A stretch of 32,000 bases of DNA from Parasynechococcus marenigrum WH 8102 (GTDB lineage Bacteria > Cyanobacteriota > Cyanobacteriia > PCC-6307 > Cyanobiaceae), in the NCBI RefSeq assembly GCF_000195975.1, contig NC_005070.1, positions 2,010,001-2,042,000 of the forward strand. Direction: 5' to 3'. The notes beneath the pieces are model-generated. The model did not search any database, was not told the DNA's origin, and saw nothing but the letters and a program-made list of their open reading frames with translations. How positions within the stretch are numbered: the stretch's first letter is position 1; the number at the start of each line of letters is the position of its first letter. Positions 7,566 through 16,755 of the stretch are shown here, one piece after another. Position numbers and translations under genes: made by a program.

Positions 7566-7607
7566 CAACAAAAGCTAAACCAATCAAGGCTTCATTGGAT
7601 CAGCCAA

Positions 7608-7681
7608 TCGGGATGACAGGATTCGAACCTGCGGCCCCTTCGTCCCGAACGAAGTGCGCTACCAAGCTGCGCCACATCCCG
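7608..7681 (-). tRNA. tRNA-Pro (anticodon CGG)
   Basis: The minus strand reads CGGGATG-TG-GCGC-AGCTTGGTA-GCGC-A-CTTCG-TTCGGGA-CGAAG-GGGCC-GCAGG-TTCGAAT-CCTGT-CATCCCG-A. This folds as a full cloverleaf with a 7-bp acceptor stem, 4-bp D stem, 5-bp anticodon stem with CGG in the loop, and a T arm with TTCGAAT. CCA is not encoded. Confidence 0.97.
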
Positions 7682-7782
7682 TTTCATCCATCTTAGAAGA
7701 CAAGCGGTCACCGCTCATCACGTGAAGAGATCACTTGTTGCACGCCCCATTGTTTAGGGTCGTGGATTGACATTGTTCAGCC

Positions 7783-8652
7783 GTGCTCAAGCCCGAGTGG
7801 TTGCGCGTCAAGGCCCCGCAGCGGGAGCGCATCGGTGCTGTTGCCGATCTGTTGCTGGACCTGAACCTGAACACGGTCTGCCAGGAGGCCAGCTGTCCCA
7901 ACATCGGGGAATGCTTCGCCGGCGGCACGGCCACCTTTCTGATCATGGGCCCGGGCTGCACTCGCGCCTGCCCTTACTGCGACATCGACTTCGACAAGAG
8001 CGTCCGTGAGCTCGACCCCACCGAACCGGAAAGGCTCGGGGAAGCGGTGGCGCGTTTGGGGCTGAAGCATGTGGTGATCACCTCGGTGAACCGGGACGAC
8101 CTGCCGGATGGGGGAGCCACCCAGTTCGTGGCCTGCATCGAGCAGGTGAAGCAACGCTCACCGCTCACCACGATCGAGCTGCTGATTCCCGACTTCTGCG
8201 GCAACTGGGACGCCCTGGCCACGGTGATGGCGGCAGCACCCCACGTGCTCAACCACAACATCGAAACAGTGCCGCGGATGTACCGCCTGGCAAGACCTCA
8301 GGGCATTTACGAGCGGTCCCTGGAACTTCTGCAGCGGGTTCGGGACGACTGGCCGCGGGCTTACAGCAAGTCCGGCCTGATGGTGGGCCTCGGTGAAACC
8401 GACGACGAGGTGATCGACGTGTTGCGCGACCTGCGCACCCACCGGGTGGACATCGTCACCATCGGCCAATATCTCTCCCCAGGCCCCAAGCATCTGGCCG
8501 TGGATCGTTTTGTGACCCCTGAGCAATTCGACACCTACCGCCGCATCGGCGAAGAGGAGCTGGGCTTTCTGCAGGTGGTCAGCACCCCCCTCACCCGCAG
8601 CAGCTATCACGCCGGCGAGGTGCAGCGCCTCATGGCTAGCCATCCCCGCTGA
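7783..8652 (+). CDS. lipA: Lipoyl synthase
   Basis: The N-terminus is [12 protein letters not shown]. The auxiliary cluster motif is [12 protein letters not shown] and the radical SAM motif is [11 protein letters not shown]. The protein is 289 aa with a GTG start. Confidence 0.97.
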   Translation: MLKPEWLRVKAPQRERIGAVADLLLDLNLNTVCQEASCPNIGECFAGGTATFLIMGPGCTRACPYCDIDFDKSVRELDPTEPERLGEAVARLGLKHVVITSVNRDDLPDGGATQFVACIEQVKQRSPLTTIELLIPDFCGNWDALATVMAAAPHVLNHNIETVPRMYRLARPQGIYERSLELLQRVRDDWPRAYSKSGLMVGLGETDDEVIDVLRDLRTHRVDIVTIGQYLSPGPKHLAVDRFVTPEQFDTYRRIGEEELGFLQVVSTPLTRSSYHAGEVQRLMASHPR

Positions 8653-8938
8653 CGGGGATCCACTCCTGCAGGTTCCAGTCCACCAAGCCGGCCTGAATCA
8701 TCGGGTCGTGGGACACCCAGGCCAGCGCCTCCTCGTAAGACTCAGCCTCAAAGATCAACAAGCCACCACCACCGGGGCGCCGCCGCTCATCCACGAGGAA
8801 ACCGCTGCGGATCCGCCGACCCGCCGCACATTCCTGCTGCACCCAGCCCCGATGGGCCTCCAGGTGGGGCCGACGCTGCTCGAGAGTCAGAGCGGCCGTA
8901 TCCGCCGTGAAGGTTTCATGTTTGACAAACCAGGGCAT
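8636..8938 (-). CDS. YciI-like (YCII domain) protein
   Basis: 100-aa ORF with YciI-like length and pattern (...[10 protein letters not shown]...GFLVDE...[29 protein letters not shown]). It starts 14 nt downstream of the glutamate synthase stop on the same strand. Its 3' end overlaps the lipA 3' end by 17 nt (convergent). Confidence 0.8.
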   Translation of the reverse strand: MPWFVKHETFTADTAALTLEQRRPHLEAHRGWVQQECAAGRRIRSGFLVDERRRPGGGGLLIFEAESYEEALAWVSHDPMIQAGLVDWNLQEWIPVSGDG

Positions 8939-8952
8939 GGAAAGCGGCCTGT

Positions 8953-11900
8953 TCAGGCCGCCACCGCCTGCTGGTCCACCAGACCCATGGCTGCCCGCTC
9001 ACTCGGCGGAATCAGCACCTTGAAGCGTCCCTTGGCCGCGGCCCAGTCGGCCAACAGCGCTGAGGCCTTGCTGCTGCCGGTGGCGGCTACGTGGGCTTCC
9101 AACAGCTCTTTGAGCGTTTCCTCCTGCTGCGAAGTGGTGAGGCTGCAGACCGCAACGATCTCAGTATTGACCCTGGCGGTGACGCGATCACCCTCATCGA
9201 GCAGGAAGGTGACGCCACCGGTCATGCCGGCACCCACGTTGCGGCCAGTGCTGCCCAGCACCACCACCACACCACCGGTCATGTACTCACAGCAGTGGTC
9301 GCCAGCTCCCTCCACCACGGTACGAGCGCCGCTATTGCGCACTCCGAAGCGCTCACCAGCACGGCCATGGGCAAACAGCTCACCGCCCGTGGCGCCGTAG
9401 AGGCAGGTGTTACCTAGGATCACTTGATCACCGGGATTGGCGCAGCCGTCGGCTGGCACCAGGCTGATGCGTCCACTGTTCATGCCCTTGCCCACGTAGT
9501 CGTTGGCTTCCCCTTCCAGGCGCACGTTCATGCCCTGCACCAGGAAGGCACCGAAGCTCTGACCGGCAGCGCCCTGGAAGGTGAGGTTGAGCTGGCCCTT
9601 GAAGCCGCGGTTGCCGTGGCGTTGGGCGATCTCACCGGCCAGACGGGCCCCGACACTGCGGTCGGTGTTGATGATCGCGATCGTGCGGTTCAAGGAACCG
9701 TGGCTCTCCACCGCCGCCATCAGCTCGGCATCGGCGAGAAGCTGATCCTCAAGAATCGGGCCATTGCCATGGGCCTCAGCGCTGTGACGCAGCCAGGAGC
9801 GCTCTTCTGAACTCTGAATCGGTGCCAACAGACTGGAGAGATCCACACCCTGGGTTTTGGCCAGCTGCACTGCACGGGGTTGAAGCAGATCGCTGCGACC
9901 GATCAGATCTTCGAGCTTGGCCACGCCGAGCAGGCTCAGCAGCTGACGCACTTCTTCCGCCACATACCAGAAGAAATTCACCACGTGCTCAGGCACGCCG
10001 GTGAAGCGTTTGCGCAGGGCCTCCTTTTGGGTGGCCACGCCCACCGGGCAATTGTTGGTGTGGCAGACCCTGGCCATGATGCAGCCCTCGGAGATCATCG
10101 CCACAGAGCCGAAGCCATACTCCTCAGCGCCCAGCAGAGCTGCGATCACCACATCCCAGCCGGTCTTGAGGCCGCCATCGGCCCGCAACAGCACCCGATC
10201 CCGCAGGCCATTTTCGAGAAGGCTGCGGTGCACCTCGGTCAGACCCAGCTCCCAGGGGCTGCCGGCATGCTTGATCGAACTCAGCGGCGAGGCTCCGGTA
10301 CCCCCGTCGTGGCCGGAGATCTGAATCACATCAGCGTTGGCCTTGGCCACGCCGGCGGCAATCGTGCCGATACCGATCTCGGCCACCAGCTTCACGCTCA
10401 CCGGCGCCTTGGGGTGCACCTGGTGCAGATCGTGAATCAGCTGAGCCAGATCCTCGATGGAATAGATGTCGTGATGCGGCGGCGGTGAGATCAGGGCCAC
10501 ACCGGGTTTGCTGTTGCGCAGCCAGGCGATGTAGTCATCCACCTTGGGGCCGGGCAGCTGACCGCCCTCACCGGGCTTGGCCCCCTGGGCCACCTTGATC
10601 TCCAGTTGCTTGCCACTGCGCAGGTATTCGGCTGTCACGCCAAAGCGCCCGGAAGCGATCTGCTTGATCGCCGAACAGGCGGTGTCGCCATTCCGGAGGC
10701 CGCCGATGCTGGGGAAAGCCTGCGAGCGGCCCTCGGCATCCACATCGTGAAGAACCTGGAAACGGGCCGGGTCCTCACCACCCTCGCCGCTGTTGCTCTT
10801 GCCACCGATGCGGTTCATCGCCACCGCCAGCACCTCATGGGCTTCCCGCGACAACGCCCCGAGACTCATACCCCCCGTGCAGAAACGCTTGCAGAGGCTT
10901 TCTGCGCTCTCCACCTGATCCAGGGGCAGCGGCGTTGGGGCCAGCTTGAACTCCAGCAGATCCCGAAGCGCCGTGACCGGCCTGTTCTCCAGCAGGGTTT
11001 TGTAGGTGGAGAAATGGTCGTAGCCAGGCCCGGTCTTCACCGCCGCATGCAAGGCCTTGGCCATGTCGGGACTGTTGAGGTGGTACTCGCCGCCGGTGCG
11101 GTACTGCACAAAGCCCATGAACTCGAGCTTGCTGCGGTTGAGCTCCGGGAAGGCCTTGGCATGGAGTGACAGGGTTTCGTTGGCCAGCTCCGCCAGGGTC
11201 ATGCCCGCCACACGGCTGGTGGTTCCGCTGAACGCGGTGTCGATCACATCGGCACCGAGGCCGATCGCTTCAAAAATCTGAGCGCCGTGATAACTAGCCA
11301 GGAGCGAAATGCCGATCTTGGAGAGGATCTTGCGCAGGCCGTTTTCCAGGGAAACGCGCACGTTGGCCTGCACCTGGTCGGCATCGAGGGCGGGCAGCTT
11401 GCCCTGCTCGATCCGCTTCTGGGTTTTGGGGTGGGCGAGCCAATGGCGGGTGGTCTCCCAGGTGAGCCACGGGCAGACCGCACTGGCGCCGTAACCGATC
11501 AGGCAAGCCAAGTGATGGGTGCTCCAGCACTGCGCAGTGTCAATCACCAAGGAGCAGCGCAGACGCAGCTTCTGCCGCAGCAGGTGGTGATGCACCGCCC
11601 CCACAGCCAGGAGGGCCGGCATCGCCACGCTGATGGCGGTCAGCTGGGCAGCGGCACCGGAGCCATCCACACGATCGGAGAGCACCAACACCTGGGCACC
11701 GCCGCGCACAGCCTCCTCGGCCGCCTCGCACAGCCCTTGCAGGGCCGATGACAAACCACCAGCGCAGGCCTCAACGGCCACCTGGGTGGAGAGGGTGACA
11801 ACGGGAAGTCCCTGCTTGCTGATCGCCGCAAGCTCGGCTTCGTTGAGAACCGGCGTGTCCAGGTGGATCACGGCGGCCGCCTCGGGCTGGGGCTTCAGCG

Positions 11901-13554
11901 CCGGCCGGCGTTCACCCAGATGCATTTCCAGGCTCATCACCAGCTTTTCCCGCAGGGGGTCAATCGGCGGGTTGGTGACCTGGGCGAAGCGTTGTTTGAA
12001 GTAGTCGTACAGCAGGTGGGGTTTATCCGACAACACCGCCAGGGGGATGTCGTCTCCCATGCAGTAGGTGGGCTCCTTACCTAGTCCGGCCATGTCTTCG
12101 ATCACGAGATCGAAGTCTTCGGCGGTGAAGCCCATGGCGGTCTGCAGCCGCAACAGATCCAACTCACCGATCTGACGATCCTGGGTCCAGGGTTGGGCTT
12201 CCACACCGCGGCGATGGTGCTGCAGCCAGTCGCCGTAGGGGAAGCGTCCAGCCGCGTCCTCCTTCACGGTCCAGTTGTCGAGCAGCTGGCCGTTCTCCAG
12301 ATCCACCGCCACCATCTGGCCGGGGCCGAGACGGCCCTTCTGAACCACGGTCTTGCCGCTGAGATCCACCACACCGGTTTCCGATCCCATGATCACGAAA
12401 CCGTCGGCGGTGGTGCACCAGCGCGCGGGTCGCAAGCCGTTGCGATCCAGCGTGGCACCCACCCGTTTGCCATCGGCGAACACCAGCAGCGCCGGACCAT
12501 CCCAGGGCTCCTGGATGCCGGCATTGAATTCGTACATCGCCGTCACCTCCGGGCGATCCTCCAGATCCGGCTGGTTGCGGAAGGCCTCGGGCACCAGGGT
12601 GATCAAGCTGTCGGTGATCGAGCGGCCGCTGCGCACCATCAGCTCTAGGGTGGCGTCAAGGTTGGCCGAATCACTGAAGGCAGGGTTCACCACGGGATTG
12701 AGATCATCCGCGGCTTCACCCCAAACGTCCGCGAGGCTGGCTTCAGAGGCCTCAGCCCAGTTGAGGTTGCCCAAAAGCGTATTTATTTCTCCGTTGTGGC
12801 CCAACAGCCGCATCGGCTGAGCGAGAGGCCAGCGGGGCAGGGTGTTGGTGCTGAAGCGCCGGTGGTACACCGCAAAGCTCACTTCAAAGCGCGGATCCCG
12901 CAGATCGGCGTAGTACTGCGCCAGCACCTCGGAGCGCACCATGCCCTTGTACACAACGGTGCGGCTGCTCAAGGAAGCCACATAAAGATCCCGGGATCCC
13001 TCAAAACCCCAGGCCTGGCGGGCACGGGCACCGATCCGGCGACGCAGGCGCAGCAACAAAGCCTCGAAGGCGTCACCATCGGGGCCACCGGCAAGGCTCC
13101 ACTGCTGGATCACTGGGGCGGTGTCCCGCGCCATGGGGCCCAGCACGGAAGAATCCACTGGAACCACCCGCCATCCGGCGGAGGTGAGGCCGAGCGCCTC
13201 GGCTTCCTCCTTGCAGAACCGGCGCGCCAGCTCCCGCCCCTCGGAGTCTTGGGGCATGAACATCATCCCGAGACCACGGGCGGAGGCCGCCTCAGGCCAG
13301 ACCGCTTTCAGATAAGTCCAGGGGATTTGGCAGAGCACGCCGGCACCATCACCGGAATCACCATCACCACCACAGCCGCCGCGGTGCTCCATGCATCCAA
13401 GGCCGCGCAGGGCCTGCTGCAGCACCCAGTGGCTGGTTTCCCCAGAGAGTTGCGCCAGGAAACCCACACCGCAGGCATCTTTCTCACCGGCCACTGCCTC
13501 GGGCGCAGCACTGTCGCTGTAGGGCCAGACGGTGGGTCGGGTGAGATCTGCCAT
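8953..13554 (-). CDS. glsF: Ferredoxin-dependent glutamate synthase (Fd-GOGAT)
   Basis: 1533 aa. The N-terminal amidotransferase domain begins with a Cys after the propeptide (EKDACGVGFLA). The FMN/Fe-S central domain includes LISPPPHHDIYSIEDLAQLI. The C-terminal GXGXG beta-helix domain is present. Confidence 0.98.
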   Translation of the reverse strand: MADLTRPTVWPYSDSAAPEAVAGEKDACGVGFLAQLSGETSHWVLQQALRGLGCMEHRGGCGGDGDSGDGAGVLCQIPWTYLKAVWPEAASARGLGMMFMPQDSEGRELARRFCKEEAEALGLTSAGWRVVPVDSSVLGPMARDTAPVIQQWSLAGGPDGDAFEALLLRLRRRIGARARQAWGFEGSRDLYVASLSSRTVVYKGMVRSEVLAQYYADLRDPRFEVSFAVYHRRFSTNTLPRWPLAQPMRLLGHNGEINTLLGNLNWAEASEASLADVWGEAADDLNPVVNPAFSDSANLDATLELMVRSGRSITDSLITLVPEAFRNQPDLEDRPEVTAMYEFNAGIQEPWDGPALLVFADGKRVGATLDRNGLRPARWCTTADGFVIMGSETGVVDLSGKTVVQKGRLGPGQMVAVDLENGQLLDNWTVKEDAAGRFPYGDWLQHHRRGVEAQPWTQDRQIGELDLLRLQTAMGFTAEDFDLVIEDMAGLGKEPTYCMGDDIPLAVLSDKPHLLYDYFKQRFAQVTNPPIDPLREKLVMSLEMHLGERRPALKPQPEAAAVIHLDTPVLNEAELAAISKQGLPVVTLSTQVAVEACAGGLSSALQGLCEAAEEAVRGGAQVLVLSDRVDGSGAAAQLTAISVAMPALLAVGAVHHHLLRQKLRLRCSLVIDTAQCWSTHHLACLIGYGASAVCPWLTWETTRHWLAHPKTQKRIEQGKLPALDADQVQANVRVSLENGLRKILSKIGISLLASYHGAQIFEAIGLGADVIDTAFSGTTSRVAGMTLAELANETLSLHAKAFPELNRSKLEFMGFVQYRTGGEYHLNSPDMAKALHAAVKTGPGYDHFSTYKTLLENRPVTALRDLLEFKLAPTPLPLDQVESAESLCKRFCTGGMSLGALSREAHEVLAVAMNRIGGKSNSGEGGEDPARFQVLHDVDAEGRSQAFPSIGGLRNGDTACSAIKQIASGRFGVTAEYLRSGKQLEIKVAQGAKPGEGGQLPGPKVDDYIAWLRNSKPGVALISPPPHHDIYSIEDLAQLIHDLHQVHPKAPVSVKLVAEIGIGTIAAGVAKANADVIQISGHDGGTGASPLSSIKHAGSPWELGLTEVHRSLLENGLRDRVLLRADGGLKTGWDVVIAALLGAEEYGFGSVAMISEGCIMARVCHTNNCPVGVATQKEALRKRFTGVPEHVVNFFWYVAEEVRQLLSLLGVAKLEDLIGRSDLLQPRAVQLAKTQGVDLSSLLAPIQSSEERSWLRHSAEAHGNGPILEDQLLADAELMAAVESHGSLNRTIAIINTDRSVGARLAGEIAQRHGNRGFKGQLNLTFQGAAGQSFGAFLVQGMNVRLEGEANDYVGKGMNSGRISLVPADGCANPGDQVILGNTCLYGATGGELFAHGRAGERFGVRNSGARTVVEGAGDHCCEYMTGGVVVVLGSTGRNVGAGMTGGVTFLLDEGDRVTARVNTEIVAVCSLTTSQQEETLKELLEAHVAATGSSKASALLADWAAAKGRFKVLIPPSERAAMGLVDQQAVAA

Positions 13555-13655
13555 GAATGTTCAGCCGGGCGGTTGCATGGTTCGCAGCATCGTGCTCTGC
13601 AGAAACCACGTCAGATGACGATCCTAGGCAGGCGCCTTCCCCGGATCGCCCCCCG

Positions 13656-15326
13656 ATGTTTCCCTTCGCCCAGCTGCCGGAGCCCCTGCCGGAACTGCGA
13701 CAGGCCCCGTCACTGCAGGGGCAGCAGCTGCGGATCGACGGCCTGGAGCTGCGCAGCAGTTGGCAATGGGAAGGCCTCAACCGGAGCCAGCCGGACCAAC
13801 TGTGGCTCCCTCTGGAGCTGTTGGAGTCACATCTCGGCTTCCGCCGCCATGAGGGGCAACTGGAGTGGTTCGGACGCAGGCAGCCATTGGCAGAGCTGCC
13901 CCAGCGAACCCTCGGTGATGAGGTGGGCCTGGAGGTGGCGGACTGGCTGGCCAAGGTCGGCGTCATCATTCGTCTGGACGATCAGCAGCTGCAGCTGACC
14001 TTGCCTGCGGCAGATCTCCAGGGGATGCGGCGCGGCAAGGGCAGCACCGCAGATCGCCTCGTGCTGGATCTCGATGGCCCCGCATTGGTGCAACGCGTGG
14101 GAGATGACTTGCATCTGGGCGTGCGCAGCACAGCAGCCCAGCAGCTGGAGCTGCGTCGGCTGCGGCTCATTCCGCAGCAAGGTCCCGACAGCCTCGTGCT
14201 GAAGGGACAGGCCACTCGACTCAGGACCCTGAGCCTGGCGACACCCTGGCGCGTGGTGCTCGATGGCGTACGGACTGGCGGCCCTGCAGCGACTGCGGCC
14301 CAGCTTCCCCTCAGAAACCCGGCAATTGCTCGCTGGCTGCGCCGCGGCCTGGTGCTCGAGGAACGCACCGTCACCGTGGGCGTCAAGCCGCTGCGGGTGC
14401 TCAGAACCGGCGGTGACCTGAGCCGCATCGGTTTGACGATGACGCCACTCACCATGGCTGGACAACAGCAGGGGCTGCGCTTTCTGCCCCAGTTGTCCCA
14501 ACCGGCCAATGCGGTGATCGCCATCAACGGCGGCTTTTTCAATCGCATCCTGCAACTGCCCCTAGGCGCTCTACGTCAACAGGGCCAGTGGCTGTCGGGA
14601 CCGATCCTCAACCGGGGGGTGGTCGCTTGGGGCGACAACGACCAACTCCAGTTCGGACGCCTGCGGCTGGACCAGCAGCTGCAGGTGAACGGTGGTCGGC
14701 GCAGGGGACTGAGCTATCTCAACAGCGGCTATGTACAACGGGGCCTCAGCCGCTACACCCGCGCCTGGGGACCGATCTATCGCCCGCTCAGCGGCGAGGA
14801 GGAGGCACTGCTGGTGCAGGGGGGGCGCGTTACGCAGCGCTTTGATCGCGCCAGCATTCGCCGTGGTGTGCTGATTCCCGCCGACGGCGACCTGGTGGTG
14901 GCCCGCGGCGGCACCCCCCTGCCGGCCAAACCCGGCGATGCGGTGATGCTGAGCCAACGCACCACGTCCGGGCTGGGTGATCAAGCCAACGTGCTTGGCG
15001 GGGGGCCGCTGCTGATGCAGGGAGGTCAGATTGTGCTGAACGGTCGTGCTGAAGGATTCAGCCCTGATTTCCTCGCCCTTGCGGCACCCAGGACCGTCGT
15101 GGGCCAAGGGACTGGCGGCACCTGGCTGTTGGCCCTGCGCGGTGCAGCCGGGAGCGATCCCACTTTGCTGGAGACAGCCCTGGCCGCGCAGCAGCTCGGA
15201 CTAAAGGATGCGCTGAACCTGGATGGAGGCAGTTCAACCACGGTCGTGGTGGCTGGACGAACGGTGATGAACGGTCGCGGCAGTGCCCCCCGTGTGCATA
15301 ACGGACTTGGCTTCATTCCCCTTTAA
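13656..15326 (+). CDS. Phosphodiester glycosidase family protein (NAGPA/DUF2233-like C-terminal domain)
   Basis: The C-terminal part carries motifs I associate with this family (AINGGFFN..., LGGGPLL..., ALNLDGGSSTT). The ORF track starts it at 13557, only 2 nt from the divergent glsF start. The internal in-frame ATG at 13656 (MFPFAQLPEP...) leaves a 101-nt divergent promoter region and is preferred. The start is uncertain. Confidence 0.72.
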   Translation: MFPFAQLPEPLPELRQAPSLQGQQLRIDGLELRSSWQWEGLNRSQPDQLWLPLELLESHLGFRRHEGQLEWFGRRQPLAELPQRTLGDEVGLEVADWLAKVGVIIRLDDQQLQLTLPAADLQGMRRGKGSTADRLVLDLDGPALVQRVGDDLHLGVRSTAAQQLELRRLRLIPQQGPDSLVLKGQATRLRTLSLATPWRVVLDGVRTGGPAATAAQLPLRNPAIARWLRRGLVLEERTVTVGVKPLRVLRTGGDLSRIGLTMTPLTMAGQQQGLRFLPQLSQPANAVIAINGGFFNRILQLPLGALRQQGQWLSGPILNRGVVAWGDNDQLQFGRLRLDQQLQVNGGRRRGLSYLNSGYVQRGLSRYTRAWGPIYRPLSGEEEALLVQGGRVTQRFDRASIRRGVLIPADGDLVVARGGTPLPAKPGDAVMLSQRTTSGLGDQANVLGGGPLLMQGGQIVLNGRAEGFSPDFLALAAPRTVVGQGTGGTWLLALRGAAGSDPTLLETALAAQQLGLKDALNLDGGSSTTVVVAGRTVMNGRGSAPRVHNGLGFIPL

Positions 15327-15365
15327 ACAACTGGCACAGTGGGACGTCACCAGACGATTCATCCC

Positions 15366-15692
15366 ATGGCTGCCAATCTGCGCCTGACGCCGGCTGCCGC
15401 CGCAGAACTGGGTCGTCAGGCCGCGGTTGCCGGCACTCCTGGGCAGATGCATCTCGAGCTTCTTCCAGGAGATTGTGCGGATCACGTGATCCAGATCCGT
15501 CCTGGACATCTGGCGGGGGTGGCCATCGCCAGGGCTGATGGCGTGACCCTTCACGCACCCAAGAGCCAGCTCAAACTGCTGCAAGGCCTGTGCCTGGATT
15601 ACCGCGGTGACCTCAGCGGTGGCGGATTTCTGATTCGCAGCGGAGACGGAATCAGCCCCTGCGCCTGCGGCAGTGCATTCAGCCTGCGATAG
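15366..15692 (+). CDS. IscA/HesB-family iron-sulfur cluster assembly accessory protein
   Basis: The size, the internal Cys (LLPGDCADHV) and the C-terminal CACGSAF motif (CxCGxSF) fit the IscA/HesB family. The ORF track begins at GTG 15339. ATG 15366 (MAANLRLTPAAAAEL) matches the usual family N-terminus better. Confidence 0.75.
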   Translation: MAANLRLTPAAAAELGRQAAVAGTPGQMHLELLPGDCADHVIQIRPGHLAGVAIARADGVTLHAPKSQLKLLQGLCLDYRGDLSGGGFLIRSGDGISPCACGSAFSLR

Positions 15693-15764
15693 AGGGGACC
15701 GTCAACCGGTATCGTGGCGGATTGTCGAATCTGGTCGGGGCGTCCGACCGCACACCGACCCTCG

Positions 15765-16139
15765 ATGCCAACCATCCAACAGCTGATCCGCACGGAGCGT
15801 TCACGCCTCAAGGCCAAGACGAAATCGCCGGCCTTGAAGTCCTGCCCAGAACGCCGCGGGGTCTGCACCCGTGTGTACACCTCCACGCCAAAGAAGCCCA
15901 ACTCGGCGCTGCGCAAGGTGGCTCGTGTACGCCTCACCTCCGGCTTCGAGGTCACCGCCTACATCGGCGGCGTCGGACACAACCTTCAGGAGCACTCCGT
16001 GGTGCTGATTCGCGGCGGTCGTGTCAAGGACCTGCCAGGTGTCAGGTACCACATCATTCGAGGCACCTTGGACACCGCTGGCGTCAAAGACCGCCGGCAG
16101 TCTCGCTCGAAGTACGGCGCCAAGACTCCGAAGGAGTGA
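15765..16139 (+). CDS. rpsL: 30S ribosomal protein S12
   Basis: From ATG 15765 the translation is [57 protein letters not shown].... The 17 upstream in-frame codons in the track ORF (15714) are not part of S12. Confidence 0.98.
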   Translation: MPTIQQLIRTERSRLKAKTKSPALKSCPERRGVCTRVYTSTPKKPNSALRKVARVRLTSGFEVTAYIGGVGHNLQEHSVVLIRGGRVKDLPGVRYHIIRGTLDTAGVKDRRQSRSKYGAKTPKE

Positions 16140-16193
16140 CCTCACGGTCTTCCATTACCCACCACGTTCTGATCCCCACTTCACTGACCTCCG

Positions 16194-16664
16194 ATGTCCC
16201 GCCGCAACGCCGCTGAAAAACGTCCGGTTCTTCCTGATCCGCAGTTCAACAGTCGTCTGGCCACGATGATGGTGTCCCGTCTGATGCAGCACGGCAAGAA
16301 GTCCACGGCGCAGCGGATCCTGTCCGATGCGTTCGGTTTGATCAACGAGCGCACTGGTGGTGACCCTCTCGAACTGTTCGAGACGGCGGTGAAGAACGCC
16401 ACGCCCCTGGTCGAAGTCCGTGCCCGTCGCGTCGGTGGCGCGACCTACCAGGTTCCGATGGAAGTACGTCAGGAACGTGGCACCGCCATGGCCCTGCGCT
16501 GGCTGGTGAGCTTCTCCCGCGCCCGCAACGGCCGGAGCATGGCTCAGAAGCTCGCCGGCGAATTGATGGATGCAGCCAATGAGGCCGGAAGCGCGGTTCG
16601 CAAGCGCGAAGAAACCCACAAGATGGCTGAAGCCAACAAGGCTTTCGCCCACTACCGCTATTGA
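16194..16664 (+). CDS. rpsG: 30S ribosomal protein S7
   Basis: [42 protein letters not shown]...AHYRY is canonical S7, 156 aa. Confidence 0.98.
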   Translation: MSRRNAAEKRPVLPDPQFNSRLATMMVSRLMQHGKKSTAQRILSDAFGLINERTGGDPLELFETAVKNATPLVEVRARRVGGATYQVPMEVRQERGTAMALRWLVSFSRARNGRSMAQKLAGELMDAANEAGSAVRKREETHKMAEANKAFAHYRY

Positions 16665-16755
16665 TCTCGGGCAAGCCAGCCCGACACCTTCGATGTCAAG
16701 GTCTGGCCTGTAGAGTCTCACCCGCCTTTTCACGCCCCACCCCCGGAGAATTCCT

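Noticed and set aside
7767-7772. Perfect TTGACA hexamer upstream of lipA
   Set aside because: It ends only 10 nt before the GTG start that gives the canonical LipA N-terminus ([12 protein letters not shown]). It therefore cannot serve as a -35 element for this gene.
13555-13655. Looked for an NtcA site (GTA-N8-TAC) in the glsF divergent promoter region
   Set aside because: No GTA-N8-TAC or close variant is present in the 101-nt intergenic region. No nitrogen-control site can be claimed from the sequence.
12796-13998. 400-aa plus-strand ORF
   Set aside because: It lies antisense to glsF and runs into the next gene. The translation is low-complexity and Arg/Gly/Pro/Ala-rich with no motifs. 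This is the typical long spurious antisense frame of a high-GC gene.
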